A stretch of 62,962 nucleotides of DNA from a virus, in the IMG/VR virus record IMGVR_UViG_3300034005_000004, positions 1 through 62,962 of that record. One strand, given 5' to 3'. Both the position numbers and the translations under genes were made by a program. The first letter of the stretch is position 1. Every line of letters begins with the position of its first letter. The notes beneath the pieces are model-generated. The model made no database searches. It was not told the origin of the DNA and saw nothing but the letters and a program-made list of their open reading frames with translations. Positions 27,401 through 37,712 of this stretch are shown here, in pieces.

Positions 27401-29570
27401 AGAGATCATCATTGCGCTCACGAACCCGCAGGGCAAGACAGAGCTATTCCACTTCGATGTGACCGACGGAACGCAGGTCTCTCAAGATTGCGTACTCACG
27501 CTCACTATGGCCGCGCTGTACGTCTGGACTAAGACGATACTTAAAAGCGTTTCGCGAGGCCCGATCTCAACAGGCTCGGTCAATATTGCGGCGGGCGGGT
27601 TCCAGGTGAGCGCGACGGCCATCACGGGATTGCAGGTTACGTCTATCACCGCAGACGACGAGCGGCACTCGCAGATCGCATATCAATTCGTGCAGCCCAC
27701 GCCACCCGTGCTGCTCGCAAAGGCGATCTTCTTTCGGCAGATAAGCGCGGACCCGACCTACTACAAGAAAGAGGTCGAGCACATACAGGCCGATAGCGCG
27801 CTGCTTGTCGCCGGGACCGTCTTCAACAACGGCTCGGCGCGTCACCCGAAAAACACCGCCTGTAACTGGAAGGTGCAACTTGTAGCGACGGACGGCTCGA
27901 CGGTGACGAGCGCAGGCTTCAGCAACACGTCGAGAGACGAAGACACCGGGCCGCCTAACAACGGCGTCGCTCTCACGATCAAGCGCGCGCGCCTCAAGAA
28001 AGGCGGCAAGCTGCTCTTAGACTTCGATCTGCCCCTCGCGCAAATGAACACGCACACGAAGAATGTGCTCATCATCCATGACAACAATGCGACGGGCGCA
28101 GGCAGGCGGTTCTATGATCCCGCGACATCCGCCTGGGTCGCGACGTACCCGGACGGCACGACGGAGCTGTCGCTTGAGAAAGGCGGCGCAAGCGGGCTGC
28201 ACATTTCGCCGGCCGAAATATTCGTCGGAGGAAGAACGCAATTCTTTGTTCGTGTGGGCGTATGGAACGCCTTCAACGGCGGCTCGGCTACGTACAGCGG
28301 GGATCTCACGAACCCGATCACGCAGGCGGGATCTGAAGCCGACTCTGTAATCACTGATACGGCAACGCCTAACAACGGGACTCCTTTCGCCGCACCTTCG
28401 GTCGAGGTAAACAGCAAGGGGATCACGGTCGAGTTCCCTATAGTCGGCGTTCCTCAGATGACTACCTTCAAGAGCGCGTCGATTAGAATTCAGATACAGG
28501 ACATCTCCGGCGCGGGCGGTTGCTACTGGAATGGGAAGCGCGGCGCGAACATGGTCACAAGCCTCTCCGTGATAGACATAGACATCGGGCGGGAGGGCGC
28601 ATGGACGAAGAACATGCACCGCGAGGACGTTCGCCGCGCGTTTCAAAATCAGTTCGGCTCCTCCGCTCAGCCCTTTTTCTTAAACCTGAATTACACGCTC
28701 ACGAATGCGCTCGGCACGACAGGATCATTCGCAAAAACAATCCTCTATTCGGATTGGCTCGACGCATTCGGCACGCGCGAGGCCGCGTTAGTATTAGATG
28801 TCGCCGCGCCCATGTCGTCGAACCCTTTTCAGCTATTACCGAACAGTGATTTCTTCGACGGCGACGGCAGCGTACAGCCGGGTTTTCACACGCTCAAAGA
28901 CTTCGCCCGCTGGCTCGGATCAAATCCCGGCACATCACAGAGCCGGTACATAGACAACACGCTGAATTCAATCTATTGGGACTTCATTAACCATCTCGTG
29001 ATCTTCAGGGCGATTGACCGCTGGCTTGTTACTGACAATCGAGGGTCAGACGACATCAACCTGAACGTCCGGGGCATAGAGCCTACGCTTGCAATCGGGG
29101 ACTGGACGAATGTGCAATTTCAGGCGAAGTCGCCTAATACGACATTCGCCGCGTTGCTCATGCGGGCGGGACTGTATGACGGTCTCGGCAATCTGCTATC
29201 CACGTCGCCTGACATCGCGCTTGCGGCGGGTCAGACACTAGGCGCGACGATGCAGCCGTTCGGATCCAGGTTTCAGCTCACGTCGCTGCCTGGGGGCTCT
29301 GATAAGAACCTGTACTTTGCTCTCCGAATCCTGTCGTCTACGCCCGCGATAGATGACTCGCACTTGTTTGCAGTGGATAGATTCAATTACCTGCGCGGCA
29401 GAAGCCCCGGTGCCTTCGGGCAGCGCGCGAAGGTTGAAAACCGAAGACCTTATGCCTACTCGCAAGGGGTAAGCCCTTCCGCCGCATCCCAGGTCGATCT
29501 TGGCAACTCGGTCAATGCAAATTCCGGTTTTTTCGACGATAACACCGGGGGGAGATTTCAGGTCTTATGA
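24474..29570 (+). CDS. Giant central tail / host-specificity protein
   Basis: 1698 aa; N-terminal region resembles GTA/lambda-J-type tail tip proteins (from memory); position after TMP and small tail proteins. Confidence 0.7.
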   Translation: MPRTVPSGITALRGVSATRAPLWLMKWELSSGTRYYSSGQQVSYGGNTYLKNRVKSIPSFQAGYIDRKDRDFSRLEIELDNLADDGSSSFPFTVLDASVNFEDSKITIYAYSPDASDAALMWWGFAGRPRFNGKDKTVTVGASFFWDSLDLQIPAKLLQQAGFNPLETSSQNSEENQDEFSIPIIFGAGDLKVRPLIYRKLTNGSTLGVNFILSGTQSGAAFSSSDLTAQAMKLFGNTPASRIIFFTGGADSAIAPTNLTAFPDGAAHPLVAYGYAEFPITNEIKDRIEDLRPRDIKCRIANGRPLVDTGLPSENIPLIVKDILRDPIYGCGLPNSLFDATVLTSTANYTGTRYQARYELHEQVTITSLIQQMLGDAHCYITFDNGLIQIRAKRNNESSVATFATCDSGFSGRKIDGDSVEAWEKDFSELVNQATLKFRKKREARDIATLYDPNAQARAGGTAKKVVGIEIDEWDNGGLYDYPQVQINLAILIREEQNGNLFISFDSPLWDCLDVSPGDIITVRSPDIPNNGSNFLFRVKKQTFDTENFTVGLTCQVYKTAIYNDDAVALGVDLLRGADDTSAMGRPPDVVPVSLAVQDVGTNDGEGKQATLRATFTVPAFDPTAEQAEGTFREPPIAEVEIWWHFTDESINLCRRGGSLKVTQTNAAQQLFIDFHTDYRKTKTVEAFFVSIGANRARAPLGYIPDPSRVTVLNTNLSATAPDALVNNNSIFNANDYVIIEREIARLVSQTSGALHFVNTGGNRQAFFDTISIGHPAGTEVSVAKLSYPSLTRSLDTPRFTYPVVVARDILQRGGDGVRVRWLDISADNEEAYLIYWSTAADASTNANKLGSTTPAWYLSDPLAPPAGVNLLSTTRQRHHWIPEEDIGTVGTAVYVRVAARNNKRNFSSALSALLNSSVAAPGSNAPPSTAPTVPSLTAIIQNIPKAGSTGEASVTLRIFASESDHSVTFIQASAQEIIIALTNPQGKTELFHFDVTDGTQVSQDCVLTLTMAALYVWTKTILKSVSRGPISTGSVNIAAGGFQVSATAITGLQVTSITADDERHSQIAYQFVQPTPPVLLAKAIFFRQISADPTYYKKEVEHIQADSALLVAGTVFNNGSARHPKNTACNWKVQLVATDGSTVTSAGFSNTSRDEDTGPPNNGVALTIKRARLKKGGKLLLDFDLPLAQMNTHTKNVLIIHDNNATGAGRRFYDPATSAWVATYPDGTTELSLEKGGASGLHISPAEIFVGGRTQFFVRVGVWNAFNGGSATYSGDLTNPITQAGSEADSVITDTATPNNGTPFAAPSVEVNSKGITVEFPIVGVPQMTTFKSASIRIQIQDISGAGGCYWNGKRGANMVTSLSVIDIDIGREGAWTKNMHREDVRRAFQNQFGSSAQPFFLNLNYTLTNALGTTGSFAKTILYSDWLDAFGTREAALVLDVAAPMSSNPFQLLPNSDFFDGDGSVQPGFHTLKDFARWLGSNPGTSQSRYIDNTLNSIYWDFINHLVIFRAIDRWLVTDNRGSDDINLNVRGIEPTLAIGDWTNVQFQAKSPNTTFAALLMRAGLYDGLGNLLSTSPDIALAAGQTLGATMQPFGSRFQLTSLPGGSDKNLYFALRILSSTPAIDDSHLFAVDRFNYLRGRSPGAFGQRAKVENRRPYAYSQGVSPSAASQVDLGNSVNANSGFFDDNTGGRFQVL

Positions 29571-30169
29571 GCACGGGCATGCACCTTACTGATCGCGACC
29601 GCGCCGTAATCGCAGCTCAGGAAAACCTCGACGCGCTCAAGGCTCAGCTTGATCTCGCAATCGCCGACGGAACGGCTACGCTTCAGATGCTCGAAGCAGT
29701 GCAGGCGGCACAGGCTCACGTCAAGCACGTCGGCGCGATGCCTATGAAATTCGTCTGCGCTTTAGGCAAAGGGCAGGCGAAGGTCGCGAAGGATCATATT
29801 ATCCTGCATGTCTGCGCGGTCACCTATTTTCACGCCGATGCGGTTCATATAAACAGCGACGGCGAAGAGATTCGGGGCGCGTACCAGTTCGTCGAGTATG
29901 ACAAGGATCAACTGCGCAAAATTCCGGTGTGCGGCGGCTGCAACGGCAAAGCATTGCTACACGAGCAACTGCACGAGCGCGCGATAGACGCGGAAGCTGA
30001 CCCGCGCCGCTCGGTTCAGGCCGCTTTCGGAAACTTCATAAGGGAGCGCGACGAGGCTCAGGCAAGACATCAAGCGCTCATAGAAGAGAACGCGAGGCTG
30101 CAAGAGCGCAATCAAGAGTTAGAGCGCGAGCTTCGCCGCCTGCGCCCTGCCGGAGAGGAGAAAGCCTGA
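29567..30169 (+). CDS. Coiled-coil tail-associated protein
   Basis: ATGA overlap with the upstream gene; C-terminal heptad-rich segment. Confidence 0.6.
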   Translation: MSTGMHLTDRDRAVIAAQENLDALKAQLDLAIADGTATLQMLEAVQAAQAHVKHVGAMPMKFVCALGKGQAKVAKDHIILHVCAVTYFHADAVHINSDGEEIRGAYQFVEYDKDQLRKIPVCGGCNGKALLHEQLHERAIDAEADPRRSVQAAFGNFIRERDEAQARHQALIEENARLQERNQELERELRRLRPAGEEKA

Positions 30170-30870
30170 TGCCCTTTCTACTCGATTACACTGACGAGAA
30201 CGGGACTAACTACCCCGCATCGTACTGGGTCATTCGTTACTACACTGCGAACGACCCGGCGCAATCCGGCCAGGTCCACTTCTTCGGGTACGCGGACGTT
30301 GAAGCTTTCGACCGAGGCAATGACGAGATAGGGAGGCAGTCTTACACGATAACCGATGTCTCTATCTATGACCTCTATTTCGGCAAGGCGCATGTGCCTA
30401 CGACGGAGGCGTTCCTGACGCTGCTTGAGCGCATCGGGCTCAACGTGCCGACGCCGGGCGCTTCGTTTTTTAACTCGGGGAGCCAGCTTTCGAGCGTGCG
30501 CCCGCTGTCGCTTGAGATAGGCGCTGAGAATCCCTCGCGCGTCGTCGTCGTGTTCACCGCAGAGGTAGATTTTCAGCCGACGGGTAATTTTCTCTCCGGC
30601 ATCACGATTAAGGTCAATGGCGTCGCGGCTACGATCTCTACGGCTACGCAGACGGGCCTTCCGACAACGCTCCAATACAACCTGAGCGCGCCCGTTGAGA
30701 TCGACGATGTCGTCACCTGGGAATACGACGCGAGCGCGGGATTCCTTGAAGACGCGGCGGGGCTGACCTTGCAGACGTTCACGCCGCTTGACGTGACGAA
30801 CAACCTCGGGCGGCACCTGTGGTTTAACACGAAAGATAATTCTGCTCACGTACTGACGATAGGACTATAG
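30169..30870 (+). CDS. Hypothetical tail-associated protein
   Basis: TGATG overlap; 233 aa. Confidence 0.6.
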   Translation: MPFLLDYTDENGTNYPASYWVIRYYTANDPAQSGQVHFFGYADVEAFDRGNDEIGRQSYTITDVSIYDLYFGKAHVPTTEAFLTLLERIGLNVPTPGASFFNSGSQLSSVRPLSLEIGAENPSRVVVVFTAEVDFQPTGNFLSGITIKVNGVAATISTATQTGLPTTLQYNLSAPVEIDDVVTWEYDASAGFLEDAAGLTLQTFTPLDVTNNLGRHLWFNTKDNSAHVLTIGL

Positions 30871-30872
30871 AC

Positions 30873-31535
30873 ATGGCAAACAACATCCCCATAATCGACC
30901 AGGGCGGCGCGACCAAGACTCTAAAGACTACAGATAATGCAGGCATCCATACCCCGCATCATAATGTTGACCAGCTCGCGGCGGGCGCATCTGCCGACAT
31001 AGGGGCGCTCGGCGACGCGAAGGTCATCACGGACGCGACGGGAAGCGTGCTCGCCTTCCTGCGCGGCATCGTCTACCTCATAGCGACGCTCTTACCTGCT
31101 TCGCTAGGGCAGAAGCTTATGGCCGCTTCGCTCTCCGTCGTGATCGCTTCAGACCAGACGGCGATACCCATCGCGGCGGGCTCTGCCTCAATCGGCGGCG
31201 TGAAGTGGAATGGGGTGCATTGGGCCGCCTCGCCCATCTCTCTTGAGTCAGCCGACCTTAGCTCTATAGGCGACCTCACGCAAGCGCCCACATCGGGGCA
31301 GAAGATCGTGATTGACGAGCTGTGGGTGAGCACGATCACTGCCATGACGCTCACGATCACGGAAGAGACTACTTTGACCGTGCTCAAGACTTTCTATTTG
31401 CCCGCGAATTCAGAGCCGTTCCTGTTCAAGCCGCTCGTCGGGCTCAAGCTCGCCACCGCAGATAAGAAGGCTCGCATACAGGCGTCGGCGGCAGGCAGCA
31501 TATCCATCTACGCCAGCTATCATAGCGAAGCCTAA
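30873..31535 (+). CDS. Hypothetical tail-associated protein
   Basis: 220-aa ORF. Confidence 0.6.
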   Translation: MANNIPIIDQGGATKTLKTTDNAGIHTPHHNVDQLAAGASADIGALGDAKVITDATGSVLAFLRGIVYLIATLLPASLGQKLMAASLSVVIASDQTAIPIAAGSASIGGVKWNGVHWAASPISLESADLSSIGDLTQAPTSGQKIVIDELWVSTITAMTLTITEETTLTVLKTFYLPANSEPFLFKPLVGLKLATADKKARIQASAAGSISIYASYHSEA

Positions 31536-31594
31536 GCCGCATTGCCGATTATCCGGCCTTAAATGAGGTTGAAAACCAAGCAAAGGGGAAATCT

Positions 31595-32014
31595 ATGTCA
31601 TCTAAAATCAGAAGCATAAAACAGGCGCGCGCGCAGAAGCCTAAGCCGGGCGTGATTAAAGTTAAGCTGAGTACTGTCGTGGACTCGGTCGGCGCGCTTC
31701 AGCAGCTTGCGCAACAACCTATGGCCGCGCGGTTCACGTACACGCTGAGCAAGGCCCTCAGGGCCGTGCAGGAAGAGGTGCAGGCGTTTGAAGCCGCGCG
31801 GAAATCGCTCAACGAAAAGTACGGCACGCTCAACGCGGAGATGAACAAGTATGACATCCGCGAGGAAGATGTCGCCAAGTGGGAGGCCGAATACCAGGGG
31901 TTGCTCGATACCGAGGTCGATCTCGCGATCATGCCGGTCAGGCTTGAGCAGATAGGCAACGCTTTGATGAGCGCGGCGGCCATGTTCGCGCTCGAATGGT
32001 TGATAGTAGAGTAG
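31595..32014 (+). CDS. Hypothetical protein (possible fibre assembly factor)
   Basis: 139 aa, directly upstream of the tail fibre; position only. Confidence 0.5.
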   Translation: MSSKIRSIKQARAQKPKPGVIKVKLSTVVDSVGALQQLAQQPMAARFTYTLSKALRAVQEEVQAFEAARKSLNEKYGTLNAEMNKYDIREEDVAKWEAEYQGLLDTEVDLAIMPVRLEQIGNALMSAAAMFALEWLIVE

Positions 32015-32024
32015 AGAGCTAGAG

Positions 32025-35000
32025 ATGCCAACTCCAGCAGAATGCGCGGTAACCGACATCCTCTACCGTATGACGGATGAGGGCGTTTACGAGCCGTTCC
32101 CGAACTGCCCGGTCACCATAATAAAAGTCCGCCACAGTGAGGCGTTCTTCAGCACGGAGCGGGCCGTCGTGCGCGCGGATGAGAACGGGCTTGTCACGCT
32201 CAGGCTCCCCCAGTCCTCGACCGTCTGGGTTTACGCAGAGGCGACGAACCTCAACGCGTCGGGAGGGGTGCGCCTGACAATCCCGGCGGCGGCTTCGGCA
32301 ACGCTATTCTCGCTCGTCTCTGCGGCGAGCGTTCCCGCAAGCGGCCTCGTCGTGCAGCGGCTCGGCTCTCACCTGCTCAACCGGGAAGGCACGCTCAATT
32401 TCAACGGCTCGTATTTCGGCGTGACGGAGACGACGCCAGGCACTGCGGCGGTGACGATCTCCGTCTTCGGCCCTTCAGGCCCCGCTCACGCGCCGGGCCT
32501 CGTGCCTGACCCGGGCCCGGTCGCAGGCGCGGCCCGGTTCCTCTGCGAAGACGGGACATGGCAAGAGCCTGCGGGCGGCGGCTCGGGCCTCTGGGGCGGC
32601 ATCACAGGCACGCTCTCAGATCAGGTAGACCTACAGAGCGCGCTCGACGCGAAGGCACCCACATCGCACGCACATGCAATAGCGGACGTGACCGGGCTGC
32701 AATCTGCCCTCAACGGCAAGGCCGCTCTCTCTCACACTCATGCTCAGTCTGATGTCACAAACCTGGTCTCAGACCTTGCCGCAAAGCAGCCGCTCGACGC
32801 GACTTTGACCGCGCTCGCCGCCTTTAACTCAAACGGCGTGATAGTGCAGACCGCGACGGATACTTTCGCGGCCCGAACTCTCACCGGGACCGCGAACCGG
32901 CTCACGGTTGCGAACGGCAATGGAGCGGGCGGCAACCCTACTTTTAACATAGACACGACTCTTCTGCCTTCTCCCGTGCTTGCAGACGCAGGCAAATTCC
33001 TGAAGGCGACGGCGGCAGACGCATACGCGCCAGCGGCGATAGCCATAGGCGACGTGACGAGCCTGCAAGCGGCATTAGACGCGAAGCAGAACTCGCTCGG
33101 CTTCACCCCTGAGAACGCTGCCAACAAAGACCAGGCGAGCGGGTACGCGGGACTAGACGGCGCGGGGAAGATAAACCCGTCGCATCTCCCGGCCATAGCT
33201 ATCAGCTCGTTTCTCGGCTCTGTGGCGTCGCAGGCCGCGATGCTTGCGCTTTCAGGCGAGCGCGGCGACTGGTGCGTGCGCACGGACGTTAGCGCGACCT
33301 ACATCCTGATAGCAGACGACGCGAGCCAGCTTGCCTCATGGCAGATCGTCGTGACGCCCCTCGATGCGGTCTCCTCTATCTTCGGGCGAACGGGCGCGGT
33401 GACCGCGCAGAATAACGATTACACATGGGCGCAGATCAATAAAACTACTTCGAGCCTCGCGGACATAACGACCCGCTCCGCTTCAGACCTTTCGAGCGGC
33501 ACGCTTCCGCTCGCGCGGCTCTCGGGCATCACGAACACAGAGATAGCTTCGGGCGCGGCAATCGCGTACAGCAAGCTCAACCTCTCCGCGAGCATAGTCA
33601 ACGCAGACGTAGCGAGCGGCGCTGCCATCGCTCTTTCAAAGCTCGCCTCCGGGTCAAGCATAGTCACATCTGTCGTTAATGACACGAACGTGACCGGCTC
33701 GGTCTCCGCTAATGCGCTTACGCTCGGCTGGTCGGGCGCTCTCTCGAAAGCTCGTCAGCACGCAGCGACCGCATACACGGACCAGGCGAACACGTTCACC
33801 GTCGCGCAGACACTTCCCCTCGTAGACAAAGCGGGGCAGCTCTTCAACGTGAAGGCGTTTGGCGCTCTAGGCAACGGATCGACAGACGATCTGGCCGCGC
33901 TTCAGGCGGCAGACGCGGCGGCGGCAGCGGTCGGGGGGATAGTCTACCTTCCGCCCGGCACATACGCGATTTCAGCGCCTTTCCTGCCGTCTGAGGGCGT
34001 CACCGTTTTAGGAGCAGGGCGAAAGGCATCTTTTTTGAAGGCGCTCGCGGGCTTCGACAGCGGCCTGGCAGAGTCTCAGTTGATCGCGTGGAACGGGCTC
34101 AGCTACATCACGATAAGCGACATAGGCTTTGTATCGAACGGCCAGAACGCGCAGGGCTTCAAGATAGAAGACTCTATAAATTCGACTGTGCGCAATTGCC
34201 ACTTCGATTCTGGCTGCCAGCGCATGGGCATCATCGGCGGCACGACGACGCAGAACATCACGATCACCCATAACGTCTCCGAAGGCACAACGCTTGCCGA
34301 AAACCTTGCCATCGTAGACGCCTGCTATTGCGAGGTGAGCTTCAACCATATCAAGCAGCCGACCACATCGAACATCTTCAACGGCGTGGAGTTCTTCCTC
34401 GTCACGCCCGGCGCGATGGTAGGCAATAAGATCATCGGCAACACGTTTGAAAACTCCGGGACCGCAGGCGTGGCCGCAGGCGGGGACGTTCAAACGACTG
34501 TGGCCGGCAATACCTTCGTGAGCTGTAACTATGCTCTGCTCGGCGACGAGAACGCCGGGACGCCCTCCGTCGGAGGGACGTTCAGCGGCAACGTGATCAT
34601 ATCACCCGTATCTGCCGCCGTGCTCTTTCAGAGCGCGCATGACTGGACGGTGAGCGCAAATACAGTGAGGGGCTCGGCAGGCGCGGGCATGATCATTGGC
34701 GGCACGGGCCATGTCATAGAAGGTAACTCCGTCGTGGGCTCCGCCTCGGTAGGCTTCAGTATTCTCGGGAGCTACAACACCGTTACAGGGAATAGCGCGG
34801 TCGATAACTCTCGCGGCTTCGGCGTGAGCGGAGACAGCAACGCGATTCACGACAACGTAGCTACTGACACGCGCACGCCTAAGGTGCAGGACTTCGGGCT
34901 GGTATTTACGAGCGGTGCCGATAACAACATCTACGGCGGCAACATGCTCACGGGGAACCTCAACGGCACCATTTCGGATGCCGGGAGCGGGAACCTCTCT

Positions 35001-35771
35001 GCTGTAAAGACAGGAGACTCCCCGCGCTTCGCGACCGTCACCGTAACGGCAAACCTGACGAAAGACGCTACAAAACTTTATCTCGACCTCGACACCTCCG
35101 GGGTGACGGGCTTCCCGTCGGCGGATTTCGTCTTCGGCGGCGGCGGCATATTCCGCGTAGCTAAGGTCAGCGTCGTCGGCACCAATGATATTTTCTTCCA
35201 GGCGCTGCCGCCTTCGTCGGCAGGCTTCGGAATTATAGAGACGTACGGCGGCGCAGGCACGGGGCTGAGCACGGGCGGGCCGGGACAGCCCATCTTGATG
35301 TTGCCGAACAGGACCGAGCGCGGGCGGTTCGACGACAACGGGCTTTCCGTCACGGGCATATTGAGCGTCAGCCCGAATTATCCGAACGGCTTGAAGTTCG
35401 ACTCCTCGACCTTGATGTATGGCGGGTCGAGCAACTTCACCTTCTACGACTTCAGCCAGAACAACGCGAGGATAGGCAACGTCGGCGTCAGGCTCGCGAG
35501 CAACAGGCAGCTTGCATGGGCTAACACGAACGACGCGACGCAGGCTGCGGATACGGGGCTTGACCGCAACGCGGCGGGCGTCGTCGAGGTGAACAACGGC
35601 ACGCCCGGAACGCTCAGAGACTTCAAGGCCCGGGCCATCAACCTTTCATCCCTGACGCCTTCGGGCAGCGCAGACAGCACGGGCAATCAAGGCGATTTCA
35701 GGTGGGATGATTCTTTCGTGTACGTGAAGACAAGCGGCGGCTGGAAGCGTTCGGCCCTTTCGACGTTCTAA
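32025..35771 (+). CDS. Tail fibre / tailspike with a right-handed beta-helix (pectate-lyase-like depolymerase) domain
   Basis: 1248 aa; 'FNVKAFGALGNGSTDDLAALQAA...VYLPPGTYAIS' cap motif followed by repetitive G-N-x-(V/I) beta-helix rungs. Confidence 0.75.
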   Translation: MPTPAECAVTDILYRMTDEGVYEPFPNCPVTIIKVRHSEAFFSTERAVVRADENGLVTLRLPQSSTVWVYAEATNLNASGGVRLTIPAAASATLFSLVSAASVPASGLVVQRLGSHLLNREGTLNFNGSYFGVTETTPGTAAVTISVFGPSGPAHAPGLVPDPGPVAGAARFLCEDGTWQEPAGGGSGLWGGITGTLSDQVDLQSALDAKAPTSHAHAIADVTGLQSALNGKAALSHTHAQSDVTNLVSDLAAKQPLDATLTALAAFNSNGVIVQTATDTFAARTLTGTANRLTVANGNGAGGNPTFNIDTTLLPSPVLADAGKFLKATAADAYAPAAIAIGDVTSLQAALDAKQNSLGFTPENAANKDQASGYAGLDGAGKINPSHLPAIAISSFLGSVASQAAMLALSGERGDWCVRTDVSATYILIADDASQLASWQIVVTPLDAVSSIFGRTGAVTAQNNDYTWAQINKTTSSLADITTRSASDLSSGTLPLARLSGITNTEIASGAAIAYSKLNLSASIVNADVASGAAIALSKLASGSSIVTSVVNDTNVTGSVSANALTLGWSGALSKARQHAATAYTDQANTFTVAQTLPLVDKAGQLFNVKAFGALGNGSTDDLAALQAADAAAAAVGGIVYLPPGTYAISAPFLPSEGVTVLGAGRKASFLKALAGFDSGLAESQLIAWNGLSYITISDIGFVSNGQNAQGFKIEDSINSTVRNCHFDSGCQRMGIIGGTTTQNITITHNVSEGTTLAENLAIVDACYCEVSFNHIKQPTTSNIFNGVEFFLVTPGAMVGNKIIGNTFENSGTAGVAAGGDVQTTVAGNTFVSCNYALLGDENAGTPSVGGTFSGNVIISPVSAAVLFQSAHDWTVSANTVRGSAGAGMIIGGTGHVIEGNSVVGSASVGFSILGSYNTVTGNSAVDNSRGFGVSGDSNAIHDNVATDTRTPKVQDFGLVFTSGADNNIYGGNMLTGNLNGTISDAGSGNLSAVKTGDSPRFATVTVTANLTKDATKLYLDLDTSGVTGFPSADFVFGGGGIFRVAKVSVVGTNDIFFQALPPSSAGFGIIETYGGAGTGLSTGGPGQPILMLPNRTERGRFDDNGLSVTGILSVSPNYPNGLKFDSSTLMYGGSSNFTFYDFSQNNARIGNVGVRLASNRQLAWANTNDATQAADTGLDRNAAGVVEVNNGTPGTLRDFKARAINLSSLTPSGSADSTGNQGDFRWDDSFVYVKTSGGWKRSALSTF

Positions 35772-35995
35772 GCTACGAGCAATGATATGCCTCAAGAAAA
35801 AAGGCGAAATATAACTAAGTTATAACCGGAAATGAGGATGGATTCGTGTAACTCAATCGCTTATTGGGCTTAGAACGTCATGCGTTAAAAACTACACTTT
35901 AATGAGACGCATACTTTACAAAACGAGCATAACAGCGCGCATACTTAAATCACCTGCCGAGTGAAGGCTCCGCGCCCTAAAGGGCAAGGCTTCTT

Positions 35996-36607
35996 ATGTC
36001 ACAGCACGAGCAAAACAAATCCTTAACGGTTGATTGGTTGACGCCGCCCTATATCACAGAGGCGTTGCCAGTCTTTGACCTTGATCCGTGCGCGAGTACG
36101 CATCAAACATTAGCGACGGCGCGCAGGATGATCGTGTTACCGGAAGATGGTTTGCAGGTCAAGTGGGAAGGTAGCATTTGGCTCAATCCTCCTTATGGTC
36201 ACAAGCAGATCGCACCGTGGATGCGTAGGATGGCGCGGCACAACAACGGTGTCGCTCTTGTCTTTGCGAGGGTCGAAACCAAGTGGTTTCACCGTTTGGT
36301 TTGGCCTTTCGCTTCCGGTTTCTTCTTTTTTGAGGGCAGGCTGTCGTTTGTTCACGGGCAGGCATTAACGGACAGACAAAAATATGGAGGCAACGCGGCA
36401 TCGCCTTCCGTGCTGGTTGCCTACGGCAGACAATGTGAAGAATGGATTCGCAACCTAAAACTCTCTGGTCATTTCATTGCGAATCATCAATCAACTAACG
36501 ATCCCATCGCGGCCATCGAGGCCGCTCAGGGATACCAAATTCCTCCCTCAGCTAAAGTGGCCCACTTTGAAGATTCAAGCGCAGCATCGGGCCATCTGCC
36601 CGATTGA
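35996..36607 (+). CDS. Phage-type DNA N6-adenine methyltransferase (PF05869-like)
   Basis: 'DWLTPPYI', 'FDLDPCAS', 'WLNPPYG' motifs; lies in a lower-GC island. Confidence 0.7.
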   Translation: MSQHEQNKSLTVDWLTPPYITEALPVFDLDPCASTHQTLATARRMIVLPEDGLQVKWEGSIWLNPPYGHKQIAPWMRRMARHNNGVALVFARVETKWFHRLVWPFASGFFFFEGRLSFVHGQALTDRQKYGGNAASPSVLVAYGRQCEEWIRNLKLSGHFIANHQSTNDPIAAIEAAQGYQIPPSAKVAHFEDSSAASGHLPD

Positions 36608-36703
36608 ATCGTCGTTTTGCTAATGTTTACGACCGCTGAATAGTGGCCCGGTTTAAGCTCTATAATCCAGCTCTGGGCCAGCGCCACAAATGTCCTGTAT
36701 CGA

Positions 36704-36739
36704 CGAGGCATGCTCAACGGAGCGGCCTCGTTTTCTTTT
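36704..36739 (+). terminator. Intrinsic terminator
   Basis: cgaggc / gcctcg stem followed by TTTTCTTTT. Confidence 0.5.
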
Positions 36740-36848
36740 GCCCGGTAACTATGAATGATAGCCGATCCCGCTTCTGAGACTACAGCCGCTCAGATAGCAT
36801 CCTCACAAAAAGTTGCCGTGATTCTGCCGGAAGGGGGCAACGCAGCTA

Positions 36849-37694
36849 ATGGCAGTAAAGCCGATTCTTGAGAGCCTGCGCTACCTGCGCGGGCGGCGAA
36901 TCTACATAAGCAAAAAGAGCATAGCCGCGTTCGTCGCGCTCGGGCTTGCGGGCGTGCTCACGCTCGCGCTCATCGTCTACAACCTGATTCGGTTTCGCCA
37001 TTACCAGGCGTGGGTGAGTCACACGCGGCAGGTCATAGGGGAGATTCGCGGGCTGCATGCTGCCGTCGTCGAGGCGGAAACGGGGCAGTCGCGGTTCGTC
37101 ATCACTCAAGATGGCGATTACCTGGACAACTACAAGGGGGCGCGGGCGAGCGCGTACGCGCAGGTAGAAAAGATGGAGACGCTTACTGCGGACAACCCGA
37201 ACCAGCGCGCGCTCATTCGCGAGGTGAGAGAGGCGATAGATGCCCGCCTCGCGACCCTTGCGACGGGGATAGAGCTGCGCGGGGCGCAGGGCCTTGACGT
37301 GACGCGCCAGGCGATGCTCACCGGGACCGGCAAGCGGCAGATGGACGGGATACGCGAGCTGATAACAAGGATGGAAAACGAGGAGATGCGCCTGCTCCGC
37401 GCGCGGGCGGGTAATGTGAGGGCGCAATGGGTTCAAACGCTCGCGATGCTGATTACGCCGCTGCCTCTCGCTTTGATCTTCCTCTTCCTGATAGGCGCGC
37501 TCGTCAATAAAGACATGGTCGATAAGGTGAAAGAGATGGAAGAGAGACAGGCCGCGAGTGAAGCGATCCTGCGTCACACGGAGGGCGTCAGGGCATTGAT
37601 GAAGAAAGAAGACCTGACATTTGATGCGATTCTTTCAGAGTCGGAGAGATTACTGAAAGAGCTTGAGATGCTCGCGCGCGCCCTCCCGAACTAA
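36849..37694 (+). CDS. Stand-alone CHASE3 sensor-domain membrane protein (no output domain)
   Basis: TM - 'WVSHTRQVIGEI...EAETGQSRFVITQDGDYLDNY...MDGIRELITRMENEEMRLL' (CHASE3 signature) - TM - ~70-aa coiled tail. Confidence 0.7.
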   Translation: MAVKPILESLRYLRGRRIYISKKSIAAFVALGLAGVLTLALIVYNLIRFRHYQAWVSHTRQVIGEIRGLHAAVVEAETGQSRFVITQDGDYLDNYKGARASAYAQVEKMETLTADNPNQRALIREVREAIDARLATLATGIELRGAQGLDVTRQAMLTGTGKRQMDGIRELITRMENEEMRLLRARAGNVRAQWVQTLAMLITPLPLALIFLFLIGALVNKDMVDKVKEMEERQAASEAILRHTEGVRALMKKEDLTFDAILSESERLLKELEMLARALPN

Positions 37695-37712
37695 CGAACC
37701 CGGAGATGGTAA

